NCBI GenBank assembly: GCA_963814875.1
Contig: CAWFFJ010000019.1
Coordinates: forward strand, 67,482 to 131,481
Origin: an uncultured Acidobacteriota bacterium
GTDB taxonomy: Bacteria > Acidobacteriota > Thermoanaerobaculia > Thermoanaerobaculales > Sulfomarinibacteraceae
Direction of reading: 5' to 3'
DNA: 64,000 bases
The first letter of the stretch is position 1. Each line of letters starts with the position of its first letter. A model generated the notes under the pieces. That model was not told where the DNA came from, ran no database searches, and saw nothing but the letters and a program-made list of their open reading frames with translations. The position numbers and the translations under genes are program-made. Below are positions 47,274 to 55,876 of the stretch, piece by piece.

Positions 47274-47606
47274 ATGAGCGAGCACACCCAGGTCGGCCAC
47301 GTTACCTCGATCCGCCTCCTGGTGACCGTCTGGATCGCCCTCCTTTTCGGCACCTGGCTGACGGTGAGCGCGACCTACTTCGACTTCGGATCGTGGAACA
47401 TCTGGATCGGCCTCGCCATCGCCACCGGCAAGGCTCTCCTGGTCGCGATCTACTTCATGCACCTACGCTGGGACAAACCGTTCAATGCCTTCGTCTTCAT
47501 GTCCGCGTTCCTGTTCCTGGCGCTGTTCATCGGCATCACGCTGATGGACACCGGCCACTACCAGGTCGAGCTCATCCCGGGCTACCAACCCGGCATGACG
47601 AACTGA
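47274..47606 (+). CDS. ctaF: cytochrome c oxidase subunit IV (bacterial CtaF-like)
   Basis: 110 aa with three TM helices. The family-typical motif is ATGKALLVAIYFMHLRWDK. Confidence 0.75.
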   Translation: MSEHTQVGHVTSIRLLVTVWIALLFGTWLTVSATYFDFGSWNIWIGLAIATGKALLVAIYFMHLRWDKPFNAFVFMSAFLFLALFIGITLMDTGHYQVELIPGYQPGMTN

Positions 47607-47612
47607 GCCAGC

Positions 47613-48200
47613 GTGGACGAGCCCCGCACTTTCTTCGGCTCTTCCGAGCCCGTGTCCGCCGAGGCGGGGCTGCTCGGGATGCGCCTCTTCCTCGCCGCGC
47701 TCGGCATGCTTTTCGCCGCGGCGGTGGTCGGCTTCCTGGTGGTCCGACTCCGTGCCCCCGCCTGGCCGCCGTCGGGCACCCCCGGGCTCCCGCTCCTGGG
47801 GCTGTGGTTCGCGACCGCGATCCTCGCCGCCCTCAGCTTCGCCCTGTCCCGCGCCGAGCGAGCCCTTGCGGCGGACCGCCAGCATCCGTTCCGCCGCGCC
47901 CTCGCGTCGGCGCTCGTACTGGCAGTCGTCTTCCTGGTCGCCCAGGCGGTCAACTGGTGGGAGATGATCGCCGCCGGCGCCGTCCCCCGGGCCAGCATGA
48001 TGGCGTTCGGTTTCTTCGTCCTCACCGCCCTCCATGCCCTCCACGTCATCGGCGGGCTGCCACCCCTCGCCGCGGTCGTGGTGCGGGCACGCGCCGGACG
48101 CTATGACGCCAGCCGCCGTCACGGCGTGCACTGGGTCGCGATGTACTGGCACTTCCTCGGCGTTGCCTGGCTTGCGCTCTTCGCCGTGCTGGCGCTCTGA
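47613..48200 (+). CDS. second heme-copper-oxidase subunit-III-like membrane protein
   Basis: GTG start, 195 aa. Subunit-III-like motifs are present: GMRLFLAALGMLFAA, FFVLTALHALHVIGG and VAMYWHFLGVAWLALF. Confidence 0.65.
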   Translation: MDEPRTFFGSSEPVSAEAGLLGMRLFLAALGMLFAAAVVGFLVVRLRAPAWPPSGTPGLPLLGLWFATAILAALSFALSRAERALAADRQHPFRRALASALVLAVVFLVAQAVNWWEMIAAGAVPRASMMAFGFFVLTALHALHVIGGLPPLAAVVVRARAGRYDASRRHGVHWVAMYWHFLGVAWLALFAVLAL

Positions 48201-48265
48201 GCCCCAAGCAACCTTGCGTCCCTGGCGCATCGGCTCGTACGGGGGTCTCATGCTACGCTCCGCCG

Positions 48266-49759
48266 ATGGAGTGGATCGTCTCCCTCACCCCTGAAGCAGG
48301 TGATGTCTGGGCCTGCCTGGAGGCACCGCCCCCGGGTTCCGGGATCGTTGAGCTGCGGGCCGACCTCTTCCCTCCGATCGACCTCCGGCGCGCGGTGTCG
48401 ACCTGTCCGTTGCCCCTGCTCGCGACCCTGCGCTCGACCGCCGAGGGCGGACGCGGCCCGGACGACCCGGCCGCCCGGGCGGCCTTCGTCAGGGCGGCCC
48501 GGGACGCCGACGTCGGCCTGATCGACCTCGAGCTCGACCGGGATCTGGCACTGATTCGAGGTCTGGGACTCGAACCGGAACGCATCGTCCTTTCGACGCA
48601 CCGCTCCTCTGCCGCCGAGCTCCCCGCCGCCGCGGCCGCCCTGCTCGCTGCGCCTGCTCGATGGCTCAAGGCGGTCGCGCCGGCCGATCGCCTCGCCGAC
48701 CTCGAGACGGTGCTCTCGCTCCACGCCCGCCACAACCGCGGCAGGCCCCATCAACGGCGCCTGATCGCCTTCGCGATGGGCGCTGTCGGCCTACCGAGCC
48801 GGTTCCTCGGTCCTCTCCTCGGCCCGCCCCTCGGCTACGCCGCGTGGAGCCTCGACGCCGCCGCCGCCCCGGGACAGCGCACGGTACCCGAGATGGAGGC
48901 CGCGGTCGGTCACCTCCGCGCCGCCCCGCAGCGCCTCTACGGCGTCGTCGGAGCCGACGTCACCGGCAGCCTCAGCCCCGCGTTGCACGCCGCCGGTTAC
49001 CGGGCCCTCGGTCTGCCCTACCTCATGATCCCGGTCAGCGTCAGCGATTCCGTAGACCTCGACGAGCTGTTCCGACCGGCGGGCGAAACCCTGTTTGACC
49101 GCCTCGGGCTCCCGGTGGGCGGTTGGGCGGTGACCACACCCTACAAGGCCGAGGCGGCGGCTGCAGCCACGGTTCCGGCGCCGCGGGTGCGGACGGCCGG
49201 CGCCGCGAACACCCTCGTGCTGCGCCCGGGCCAGATCCTCGCCGACACCACCGACGCCGACGGAGTCGTGGCAGGTCTGGCAAGTGTCGCAGTCGAGGTG
49301 GTCGGACGTACCGCGCTGGTGCAGGGTACCGGTGGCGCCGCTCGCTGCGCCGCGATCGGGCTTCACCTGGCGGGGGCGACGGTAACCCTGCGCGGCCGCG
49401 ACGAGGAGCACACGCGCACAGTCGCGCGCGAGCTCGGGGTGGCCGCCTGCTCGCCCGCGAGCACATCCGCGGCGGCAGTGCTGGTCAACGCGACGCCTCT
49501 CGGCACTCTCGCCACCGATGAGCTGCCGTTCTCAGAAGCCGAGATCGGAGCGGCCCAGGCGGTCGTGGACATGGTCTACGGCGCCGTGCCCACGCCCCTC
49601 GCCCTTGCCTGCCGGGCCACCGCCACGACCCTCGTCGACGGCCGTTCGGTGTTGCTCTACCAGGGACTGGCTCAGTTCGCGGCATTCACCGGCAAGGCCC
49701 CGCCGAAGGACGCCATGCACGCCGCGATCTTCCCCGAGGAGCTGTCAGCCGACGAGTAA
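48266..49759 (+). CDS. bifunctional type I 3-dehydroquinate dehydratase / shikimate 5-dehydrogenase fusion
   Basis: The N-terminal half is AroD-like (VELRADLF..., ATLRSTAEGG, WLKAVAPAD). The C-terminal half is AroE-like (LYGVVGADVTGSLSPALHAAGY, GWAVTTPYK, AANTLV, VQGTGGAARCAA). Confidence 0.85.
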   Translation: MEWIVSLTPEAGDVWACLEAPPPGSGIVELRADLFPPIDLRRAVSTCPLPLLATLRSTAEGGRGPDDPAARAAFVRAARDADVGLIDLELDRDLALIRGLGLEPERIVLSTHRSSAAELPAAAAALLAAPARWLKAVAPADRLADLETVLSLHARHNRGRPHQRRLIAFAMGAVGLPSRFLGPLLGPPLGYAAWSLDAAAAPGQRTVPEMEAAVGHLRAAPQRLYGVVGADVTGSLSPALHAAGYRALGLPYLMIPVSVSDSVDLDELFRPAGETLFDRLGLPVGGWAVTTPYKAEAAAAATVPAPRVRTAGAANTLVLRPGQILADTTDADGVVAGLASVAVEVVGRTALVQGTGGAARCAAIGLHLAGATVTLRGRDEEHTRTVARELGVAACSPASTSAAAVLVNATPLGTLATDELPFSEAEIGAAQAVVDMVYGAVPTPLALACRATATTLVDGRSVLLYQGLAQFAAFTGKAPPKDAMHAAIFPEELSADE

Positions 49760-50479
49760 CTTGACGGCCATCGCGACCACCGCGACGGCGAACACCACGC
49801 GAATAATGCCCTCGCCACGGCTGATTTGGACCCTCGTCCCGAGCCAGCCTCCGAGTGAGTTGCCGACCGCGAGCACCGCCCCGGCGAGCCATCGCACCTG
49901 CCCGGTTGCGGCGAACACGAGCAGCGACGGTACCATGTACATGCCGATTACGAAGACCTTGTGCATGTTCGTTCGCACCAGATCAAGGTGGAGAAGGCCG
50001 CGAACCAGCGCCATGAAAATGAACCCGACTCCGGCCTGGATGAAGCCGCCGTAAAAGCCCACGCCGACCATCCCGAGGTGTGCCCACGCCGGACGGACAG
50101 GTCCCTCGCCGGTACCCGGCTTGCGCCCTTTCAGTGTGACAACGAGGACGCCGATCATCACCGCCGCCAGCAATCTCTTGAACCACAGCGGGTCGATCCG
50201 AACCGCCGCGAAAGCCCCGAGCACCGCTCCAGGCAACGTGCACAAACCCAGAGTCAGGCTGAGCCGGAAGTCCGCCAGGCCCTTGCGCCGAAACTCGCTC
50301 ACCGACGTGATGTTCTGGGCGAGCAGGGCGATCCGGTTGGTGCCGTTGGCGGTCGCCGGCGACATGCCCATGAAGATCATGGCGGGCATGGTCAGCAATG
50401 ATCCGCCACCGGCCATCACGTTGACGAACCCGGCGAGGCCTCCGATCGCGACCAGCATCAGGTACTGCCAGATTTCCAC
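49745..50479 (-). CDS. TauE/SafE (DUF81) family anion/sulfite exporter
   Basis: ORF 49745..50572 trimmed to GTG 50479, which is preceded by GGAGG. The sequence VEIWQYLMLVAIGGLAGFVNVMAGGGSLLTMPAMIF shows the duplicated 4-TM TauE pattern. Confidence 0.85.
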   Translation of the reverse strand: MEIWQYLMLVAIGGLAGFVNVMAGGGSLLTMPAMIFMGMSPATANGTNRIALLAQNITSVSEFRRKGLADFRLSLTLGLCTLPGAVLGAFAAVRIDPLWFKRLLAAVMIGVLVVTLKGRKPGTGEGPVRPAWAHLGMVGVGFYGGFIQAGVGFIFMALVRGLLHLDLVRTNMHKVFVIGMYMVPSLLVFAATGQVRWLAGAVLAVGNSLGGWLGTRVQISRGEGIIRVVFAVAVVAMAVKLLVG

Positions 50480-50705
50480 GCTGCCTCCGTCGCCTTCGCG
50501 CGCCGCAGTACTGTAACCCGCGCCGCTGCCCGGCTTGAAGACCGTTGGACGAACCCGGACCCACCTCAGCATGGCCCTGCTGGTTTCTCGCGTTCAGCCG
50601 GGATGCCAATCCGGCTCGACCGGAGTAGAATTGGTCTCAGGATCGTTAGCACCGGCGACGGGCGGGCGTCGCCGCAATTCGGGGACCAGCCGTCGCGGAG
50701 GACTG

Positions 50706-51581
50706 ATGAGCCTACTGACCAAGTTCAACCTGGCGATGGTGGCGGTCTTCTCCCTGGCGATGGTGCCCGCTGGCTGGATCTCTCATGCTCTCTTGCAGAA
50801 GAGCGCCCGGACACAGGTCATTCAAAACGCGAGGATCATGATGGAAACCGCGATGGCGGTCCGCGGCTACACCATCTCCCAGGTCAAGCCGCTGCTGAAT
50901 GCACAGCTTGCGGAGAAGTTCCTCCCCCAGACAGTCCCGGCCTACTCCGCCACCGAAGTCTTCAACGCCCTGCGCAAGAGCCACCCCGAGTACGAGTACA
51001 AGGAGGCGACGCTCAATCCGTCGAATCCCCGCGACCGCACCACGGACTGGGAGGCCGACGTCGTGAACGAGTTTCGTCGCGATCCTGCACGGACCGAGTT
51101 CATCGGAGAGCGGCAGACGCCGCAGGGACGGTCCCTGTTCCTCAGCCACCCGATCCAAATCACGGATCCCAAGTGCCTGTCGTGCCACTCGACCCCGGAG
51201 GAGGCGCCGCCGTCGCTGATCCGGGAGTACGGCCCGAGCAACGGCTTCGGGTGGAAGCTCAACGAGATCATCGGCGCCCAGATCGTCTCGGTCCCGATGT
51301 CGGTCCCCGTCTCCATGGCGAACCAGGCGCTCGGCACGCTGCTCGCCACGCTGGCCGGGGTCTTCGTGGTCACGCTGCTGGTGCTCAATCTCCTGCTCCG
51401 GTTCGCGGTCACCGGCCCGCTGACGCGATTGGCCGCAATGGCAGACGAAGCGAGCCGGGGCAACCTGGCTGTTGCGAACTTCGAGGCCACGGGAACCGAC
51501 GAGGTCGCCGTTCTCGCGGGTTCATTCAATCGTATGAAGATCAGCCTCCAGAAGGCGATGGCGATGCTCGATGAAGGATGA
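50706..51581 (+). CDS. membrane sensor: DUF3365 (Tll0287-like c-heme PAS-like) domain plus HAMP, with no output domain
   Basis: ORF 50535..51581 trimmed to ATG 50706 with SD GCGGAGGA. The order is TM1, the DUF3365 pattern (NPSNPRDRTTDWEADVVNEFR...DPKCLSCHSTPEEAP...GAQIVSVPMS) with one CxxCH, TM2, then HAMP (VTGPLTRLAAMADEASRGNL...GTDEVAVLAGSFNRMKISL). The protein then stops. Confidence 0.8.
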   Translation: MSLLTKFNLAMVAVFSLAMVPAGWISHALLQKSARTQVIQNARIMMETAMAVRGYTISQVKPLLNAQLAEKFLPQTVPAYSATEVFNALRKSHPEYEYKEATLNPSNPRDRTTDWEADVVNEFRRDPARTEFIGERQTPQGRSLFLSHPIQITDPKCLSCHSTPEEAPPSLIREYGPSNGFGWKLNEIIGAQIVSVPMSVPVSMANQALGTLLATLAGVFVVTLLVLNLLLRFAVTGPLTRLAAMADEASRGNLAVANFEATGTDEVAVLAGSFNRMKISLQKAMAMLDEG

Positions 51582-53001
51582 TGCGCACACCCGTCCGGTC
51601 GCGGGAGAGGTCTTCGGCGGTTACGAGATTGTCGAGGAGCTGGGCCACGGCGGCATGGGCCTGGTCTTCCGCGCCCGACACCTGACGCTCGACCGAGAGG
51701 TCGCGCTCAAGGTGCTGGGCAGCGGTCTCTCCGCGGACGCAGGCTACCGCCAGCGCTTCCTCAAGGAGGCCCGGTCCGCGGCCCGGCTCAACCACCGCAA
51801 CATCGTCCAGATCTACGACTTCGGGCAGTGCGGCGAAACGGCCTACCTGGCGATGGAGTTCGTCCCAGGCCGATCCCTCGGCGACCTCTTGCGGGTGAGG
51901 AGCGCGTTTCCCGAGGCCCAAGCCATCGCACTCTGCCGCCAGGCCAGCACCGCACTCGGCTTCGCGCACACGGCCGGGGTCGTGCACCGGGACGTCAAGC
52001 CTGACAACCTGATTCTGAGAGACGACGGCGTGCTCAAGCTGGTCGACCTCGGGCTCGCCAAGAGCGTGTCCGATGATCAGGGGCTCACCCAGACCGGTGT
52101 CGTCGCCGGAACGCCCCACTACATCTCGCCGGAGCAGATCGAGGGCCGCAAGGACATCGACGGGAGAGCCGACGTCTACTCCCTCGGCGCGACCCTCTTC
52201 CACCTCGTCACCGGGCACACGCCCTTCGAGGGATCCTCGCCGATGGTGGTCATCGCCAAGCACCTCCATGACGACCCCAGGGACCCGAGGAGCTTCCAAC
52301 CGGCCCTGAGCGAGGCCCTCTGTGCGGTGATCCTGCGCATGATGGCGCGCAGCCGCGACGACCGCTACCCGGACATGGCCTCGGTCGACCTCGAGCTCGC
52401 CCGCCTTCAGAACGGGGAGGCTCCCGAGCAGGCGACCCTCGCGGGGCTCGAGACGACCGTCGTGGCGGCTGGCGTCGACCCGGCCGGGTCCACCCTTGCC
52501 GTCGACCCGCGATTCAACCCGGAAGAGCTGGCACGGGTCGAGGCCCACCTCGCCGAAGCGATCGGACCTCTCGCGAGGGTGTTGGTGAAGAGAACCTCTG
52601 CGATGACGTCCGATCTCGGCGAGCTGTGCGAGGCCGTGGCCCGACACATCCCTTCGCCACCAGTGCGCGAGAGGTTCCTGTCCACGGTCCTCAATCGAGC
52701 AGCGACCGGAAAGCCGCCGACCGCCACGAGAGACGGGAGCGCCGCCTCGAGGAGCGGCCCGTCGCAGGCCGAACCGCCGTCGACCGGTGAGGTCTCATCA
52801 GGTTCCATCGAGTGGGACCCGCAGTCTCTGGAGGCCCTGGAGAAACGGTTGGCAGCGTCGATTGGCCCGGTCGCCAGGGTCCTGGTGGCCAAGACGGTAC
52901 GACGGGCCTCGTCGTGGAGGGCCCTGGTCGGAACCCTCGCCGAAAACCTGTCCGACCCCGCCGACAGGGCGGCTTTTCAACGGGAGTTCGAGCAGCCGTG
53001 A
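51571..53001 (+). CDS. Hanks-type Ser/Thr protein kinase with two C-terminal ~55-aa repeats
   Basis: Kinase motifs are present: LGHGGMGLVFRA, ALKVL, HRDVKPDNL, DLGLA and GTPHYISPEQ. The start overlaps the upstream sensor gene by 11 nt. The C-terminal repeats are centred on IGPLARVLV and IGPVARVLV. Confidence 0.9.
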   Translation: MKDDAHTRPVAGEVFGGYEIVEELGHGGMGLVFRARHLTLDREVALKVLGSGLSADAGYRQRFLKEARSAARLNHRNIVQIYDFGQCGETAYLAMEFVPGRSLGDLLRVRSAFPEAQAIALCRQASTALGFAHTAGVVHRDVKPDNLILRDDGVLKLVDLGLAKSVSDDQGLTQTGVVAGTPHYISPEQIEGRKDIDGRADVYSLGATLFHLVTGHTPFEGSSPMVVIAKHLHDDPRDPRSFQPALSEALCAVILRMMARSRDDRYPDMASVDLELARLQNGEAPEQATLAGLETTVVAAGVDPAGSTLAVDPRFNPEELARVEAHLAEAIGPLARVLVKRTSAMTSDLGELCEAVARHIPSPPVRERFLSTVLNRAATGKPPTATRDGSAASRSGPSQAEPPSTGEVSSGSIEWDPQSLEALEKRLAASIGPVARVLVAKTVRRASSWRALVGTLAENLSDPADRAAFQREFEQP

Positions 53002-53029
53002 CCCCTCGAGGGTCCCTGCCCCGCGGCGC

Positions 53030-53995
53030 CTAACGGATCCCGACGGCCCGACGCACCCGGTCCATCAGCGGTGCGACGGTTTCCCGAGCTCGCTCGGCGC
53101 CCCGTGTGAGGACCCGGTCGACCTCACTCGGATCCGCGGAAAGCTCGGTGAAGCGTTGACGGGCGTCGCCGAAGGTGGCCAGGAAGTACTCGAAGAGCTT
53201 CTTCTTCATCTCGCCATAGCCTGTGCCGCCCTCACGGAAGGCACGCTCAACCCACGCGCGCTCGGGCTCGGGAGCGAACAGCTTGAGGAGCTGGTAGAGG
53301 GCGTTGTCCTGGGTCGGTTTGGGCTCCTCGACCGGTGTTGAGTCGGTGACGATCGACATGATCCGCTTCCGGGTCGCCTTCTCGGGGCCGAAGAGGTCGA
53401 TGGTGTTGCCGTAGGACTTCGACATCTTGCGCCCGTCGACACCCGGCACCACCGCAACCTCGTCAAGGATCAGCGGGTCCGGGAGGGTGAAGATCTCCTG
53501 TCCGTAGGTCGTGTGAAAGTTGGTCGCGATATCGCGGGTGACCTCGAGGTGCTGCTTCTGGTCCTTGCCGACCGGGACCAGGTCGGCATCGACGATCAGG
53601 ATGTCCGCCGCCATCAGCACGGGATACGCGAACAGGCCGTGGCTCGGCACCACTCCCTGGGCGACCTTGTCCTTGAACGAGTGGCAGCGCTGAAGCAGAC
53701 CCATCGAAGTTGCCGTGGACAGGTACCAGGCGAGCTCGGAGACCTCGGGCACGTCGGACTGCCGGTAGACCACAGAGCGTTTCGGGTCGAGGCCAAACGC
53801 AAGGAACCCGGTGGCGAGGTCCCGCACCAGGCTCCGCATCCGGTCCGCGTCATGGACAGTGGTCAGGGCGTGCAGGTCGGCGAGAAAGTAGAAGCACTGG
53901 TGTTCGGCCTGCAGGGCGACAAACTGCCGGATCGCGCCGAAGTAGTTGCCAATGTGGAGAATCCCCGAAGGCTGAACGCCGGACAGGACGCGCAT
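53030..53995 (-). CDS. trpS: tryptophan--tRNA ligase
   Basis: MRVLSGVQPSGILHIGNYFGAI (HIGH-type motif) and KMSKS (GRKMSKSYGN). 321 aa. SD GAGGAGG lies upstream. Confidence 0.95.
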   Translation of the reverse strand: MRVLSGVQPSGILHIGNYFGAIRQFVALQAEHQCFYFLADLHALTTVHDADRMRSLVRDLATGFLAFGLDPKRSVVYRQSDVPEVSELAWYLSTATSMGLLQRCHSFKDKVAQGVVPSHGLFAYPVLMAADILIVDADLVPVGKDQKQHLEVTRDIATNFHTTYGQEIFTLPDPLILDEVAVVPGVDGRKMSKSYGNTIDLFGPEKATRKRIMSIVTDSTPVEEPKPTQDNALYQLLKLFAPEPERAWVERAFREGGTGYGEMKKKLFEYFLATFGDARQRFTELSADPSEVDRVLTRGAERARETVAPLMDRVRRAVGIR

Positions 53996-54048
53996 CGCAC
54001 CCTCCTCGAAGGCGGGATCTTACACCATGCGGAAAGGCGGACGGAGGA

Positions 54049-54292
54049 AACCACAGAGGCACGGAGGCACAGAGAAACACAGAGCCGACGCCCACCCAGA
54101 AGACAAGGAGACCTGCTCCGGTTTGACGACGAATGGTGAGACGATGACTCGGAAGTGATTGACGTCACCATGAGATACGGAGAGAACCCGATGACGTGGT
54201 GAACGCCCCCACGTCTGGCGACTCACCTTCTCACGTCTTGCGGCGCGGGCTGAGGGCAGCGCCTGCACTGTCTCTCTGGGTCTCTGTGGTGA
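54049..54292. repeat. CACAGAG-type inverted-repeat element (copy 3, long, ~185-bp lower-GC interior)
   Basis: Left arm: aaccacagaggcacggaggcacagagaaacacagag (54049-54084). Right arm: ctgtctctctgggtctctgtggtg (54268-54292). The interior contains the palindrome tgacgtca and no convincing ORF. Confidence 0.55.
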
Positions 54293-54368
54293 AGACCACC
54301 CGCCGTACATGGATCGGGCCGACACCTTTGGTGCCGGCCCGCGGGACCTGCTCGAATGACTGGGCAGC

Positions 54369-54605
54369 TCAGTCTTCGCCGTCGTCCCCGATCGCCTCCA
54401 CCGGGCAGGACTCCAAGGCCTCCTGGCACTGGGCCTCTTCCTCGTCCGTCTCCGGTTGCTTGTAGACGTACGAGAAGCCCTCGTCCTCGTTGGCCATGAA
54501 GTTGTTGGGGGCAGTCGTCCGGCACACGTCGCAGTCAATACAGCTCGTGTCGACGTAGAACTTGCCGGAGACGTTGGTTTCAACCTTGTCGGTGGGGTCC
54601 GCCAT
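54369..54605 (-). CDS. small ferredoxin (single Fe-S cluster type)
   Basis: ORF 54369..54662 trimmed to ATG 54605, preceded by AGGAG. The sequence is MADPTDKVETNVSGKFYVDTSCIDCDVCRTTAPNNF...ALESCPVEAI, giving the CxxCxxC...CP pattern. The C-terminus is acidic. Confidence 0.8.
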   Translation of the reverse strand: MADPTDKVETNVSGKFYVDTSCIDCDVCRTTAPNNFMANEDEGFSYVYKQPETDEEEAQCQEALESCPVEAIGDDGED

Positions 54606-54698
54606 CGGATCGATCTCCTTTCGCCCGGTCGCCCGGGGTCGCGTCGGGGGTGATGCTAACACACGCTAGAAGCCTGTCAATTCTCACGAGCCGAGCCA

Positions 54699-55808
54699 TT
54701 ATCGAGCAGGAATCTCAAGTGGTCGCGGGATCGAATCGAGCCGGATTGTCTGCTGCTGGACGCCTGTTGCGGCTGCGCTGGTGGTGCGAGAGGACCACAC
54801 ACACTCCACGTCATAGGGCTTCGAGAACGATGGCAGGACAGTCGTCGGGTCGTTCGAGCGGTTGTCCACCAGGGAACCGTAGGCGACCATCGCCGGGACG
54901 ACCTTGGTCCCGGTCGTGGTGTAGCTGGCGATGGACACCTTGAGCGTGATATCGCTCACTCCGGTGAGCCCGAATCGGGTGGACAGCACCTGATTGTACT
55001 GCTCGTGCTGGAGCGGTGCCACGTAAAAGGAGAAGGACAGCGGCTTGCCATCCGCATCCTCGAGCTGGACCCCGTCCGGACCGTACGGATCGATCTGGAT
55101 CAGCAGAGAGGTCTGGGGATCGGAGGTGTTGAAGACACCGATATTGAAACGGAAGTTGTTATCCTCGGCGGCACCGGTAATGAGCTGGTACGAAAGGTCG
55201 GTGAACCCGGCATCGGCGACGTTGTACCAGGGCACCCCCGGGATGGTCTGACCGTAGGTGGCCGCCTTCTGGATGAACTGGCCTGTGTTGTCCGGGTCCG
55301 GCACCCACACCGTGGTGTCGTTGTACGTCCGCGACTGGACCACCACATTGCGATACTGGCGGTCACCACCCGCGTCGAGCGTACCCGCCTGGTACGCGAA
55401 GACCACCAACCCGCCGAGGTTGGCGCGCGAGCCGAACTCGTCGGACCAGTACTGGCCGACGATGTCGCGCAAGGTCACCGAACCGCCGGGCGGAATGTCG
55501 GCGAGGCTCGCATCGACGTGTCCCCAACCCTCGGAGTCCCGTCCGCCGAGACCAGAGGTCCGGTCGTCGAGAATCGTCGAGTTGTCGCCGGCGCCCGACG
55601 GCATGAAGTAGATCGCGACATCGACGGCATCCGTCGTCTCGACGTTGGCGATCGTCAGGTCAGTGCGCCACACGCTGCCCTCGACGCCGCTGTTATGCGC
55701 CGCCACCGGGACATAGACAAGATCCGAAGCCATGAAGGACGCCCATGCCGGCGCACCGGCGAGGAGCAGTACGGCCAACAGGCCGAGCCGCCCGCAGAAT
55801 CGAGCCAT
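54699..55808 (-). CDS. secreted hypothetical protein sharing the unassigned C-terminal domain of the nonaheme cytochrome
   Basis: ORF 54699..55880 trimmed to ATG 55808, preceded by GGAGG. It has a signal peptide (MARFCGRLGLLAVLLLAGAPAWA). The motifs VPVAAHNSGVEGSVWRTDL, RTYND...ATYGQTIPGVP, FRFNIGVFN and AYGSLVDNRSNDPTTVLP parallel those in 21085..23991. Confidence 0.65.
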   Translation of the reverse strand: MARFCGRLGLLAVLLLAGAPAWASFMASDLVYVPVAAHNSGVEGSVWRTDLTIANVETTDAVDVAIYFMPSGAGDNSTILDDRTSGLGGRDSEGWGHVDASLADIPPGGSVTLRDIVGQYWSDEFGSRANLGGLVVFAYQAGTLDAGGDRQYRNVVVQSRTYNDTTVWVPDPDNTGQFIQKAATYGQTIPGVPWYNVADAGFTDLSYQLITGAAEDNNFRFNIGVFNTSDPQTSLLIQIDPYGPDGVQLEDADGKPLSFSFYVAPLQHEQYNQVLSTRFGLTGVSDITLKVSIASYTTTGTKVVPAMVAYGSLVDNRSNDPTTVLPSFSKPYDVECVWSSRTTSAAATGVQQQTIRLDSIPRPLEIPAR

Positions 55809-55876
55809 GAGAACCTCCGCGATCCGCGGCAGGGTCACCGCGATAGACGCTGTCAACGGGAGGGACGCGCGGCCCC

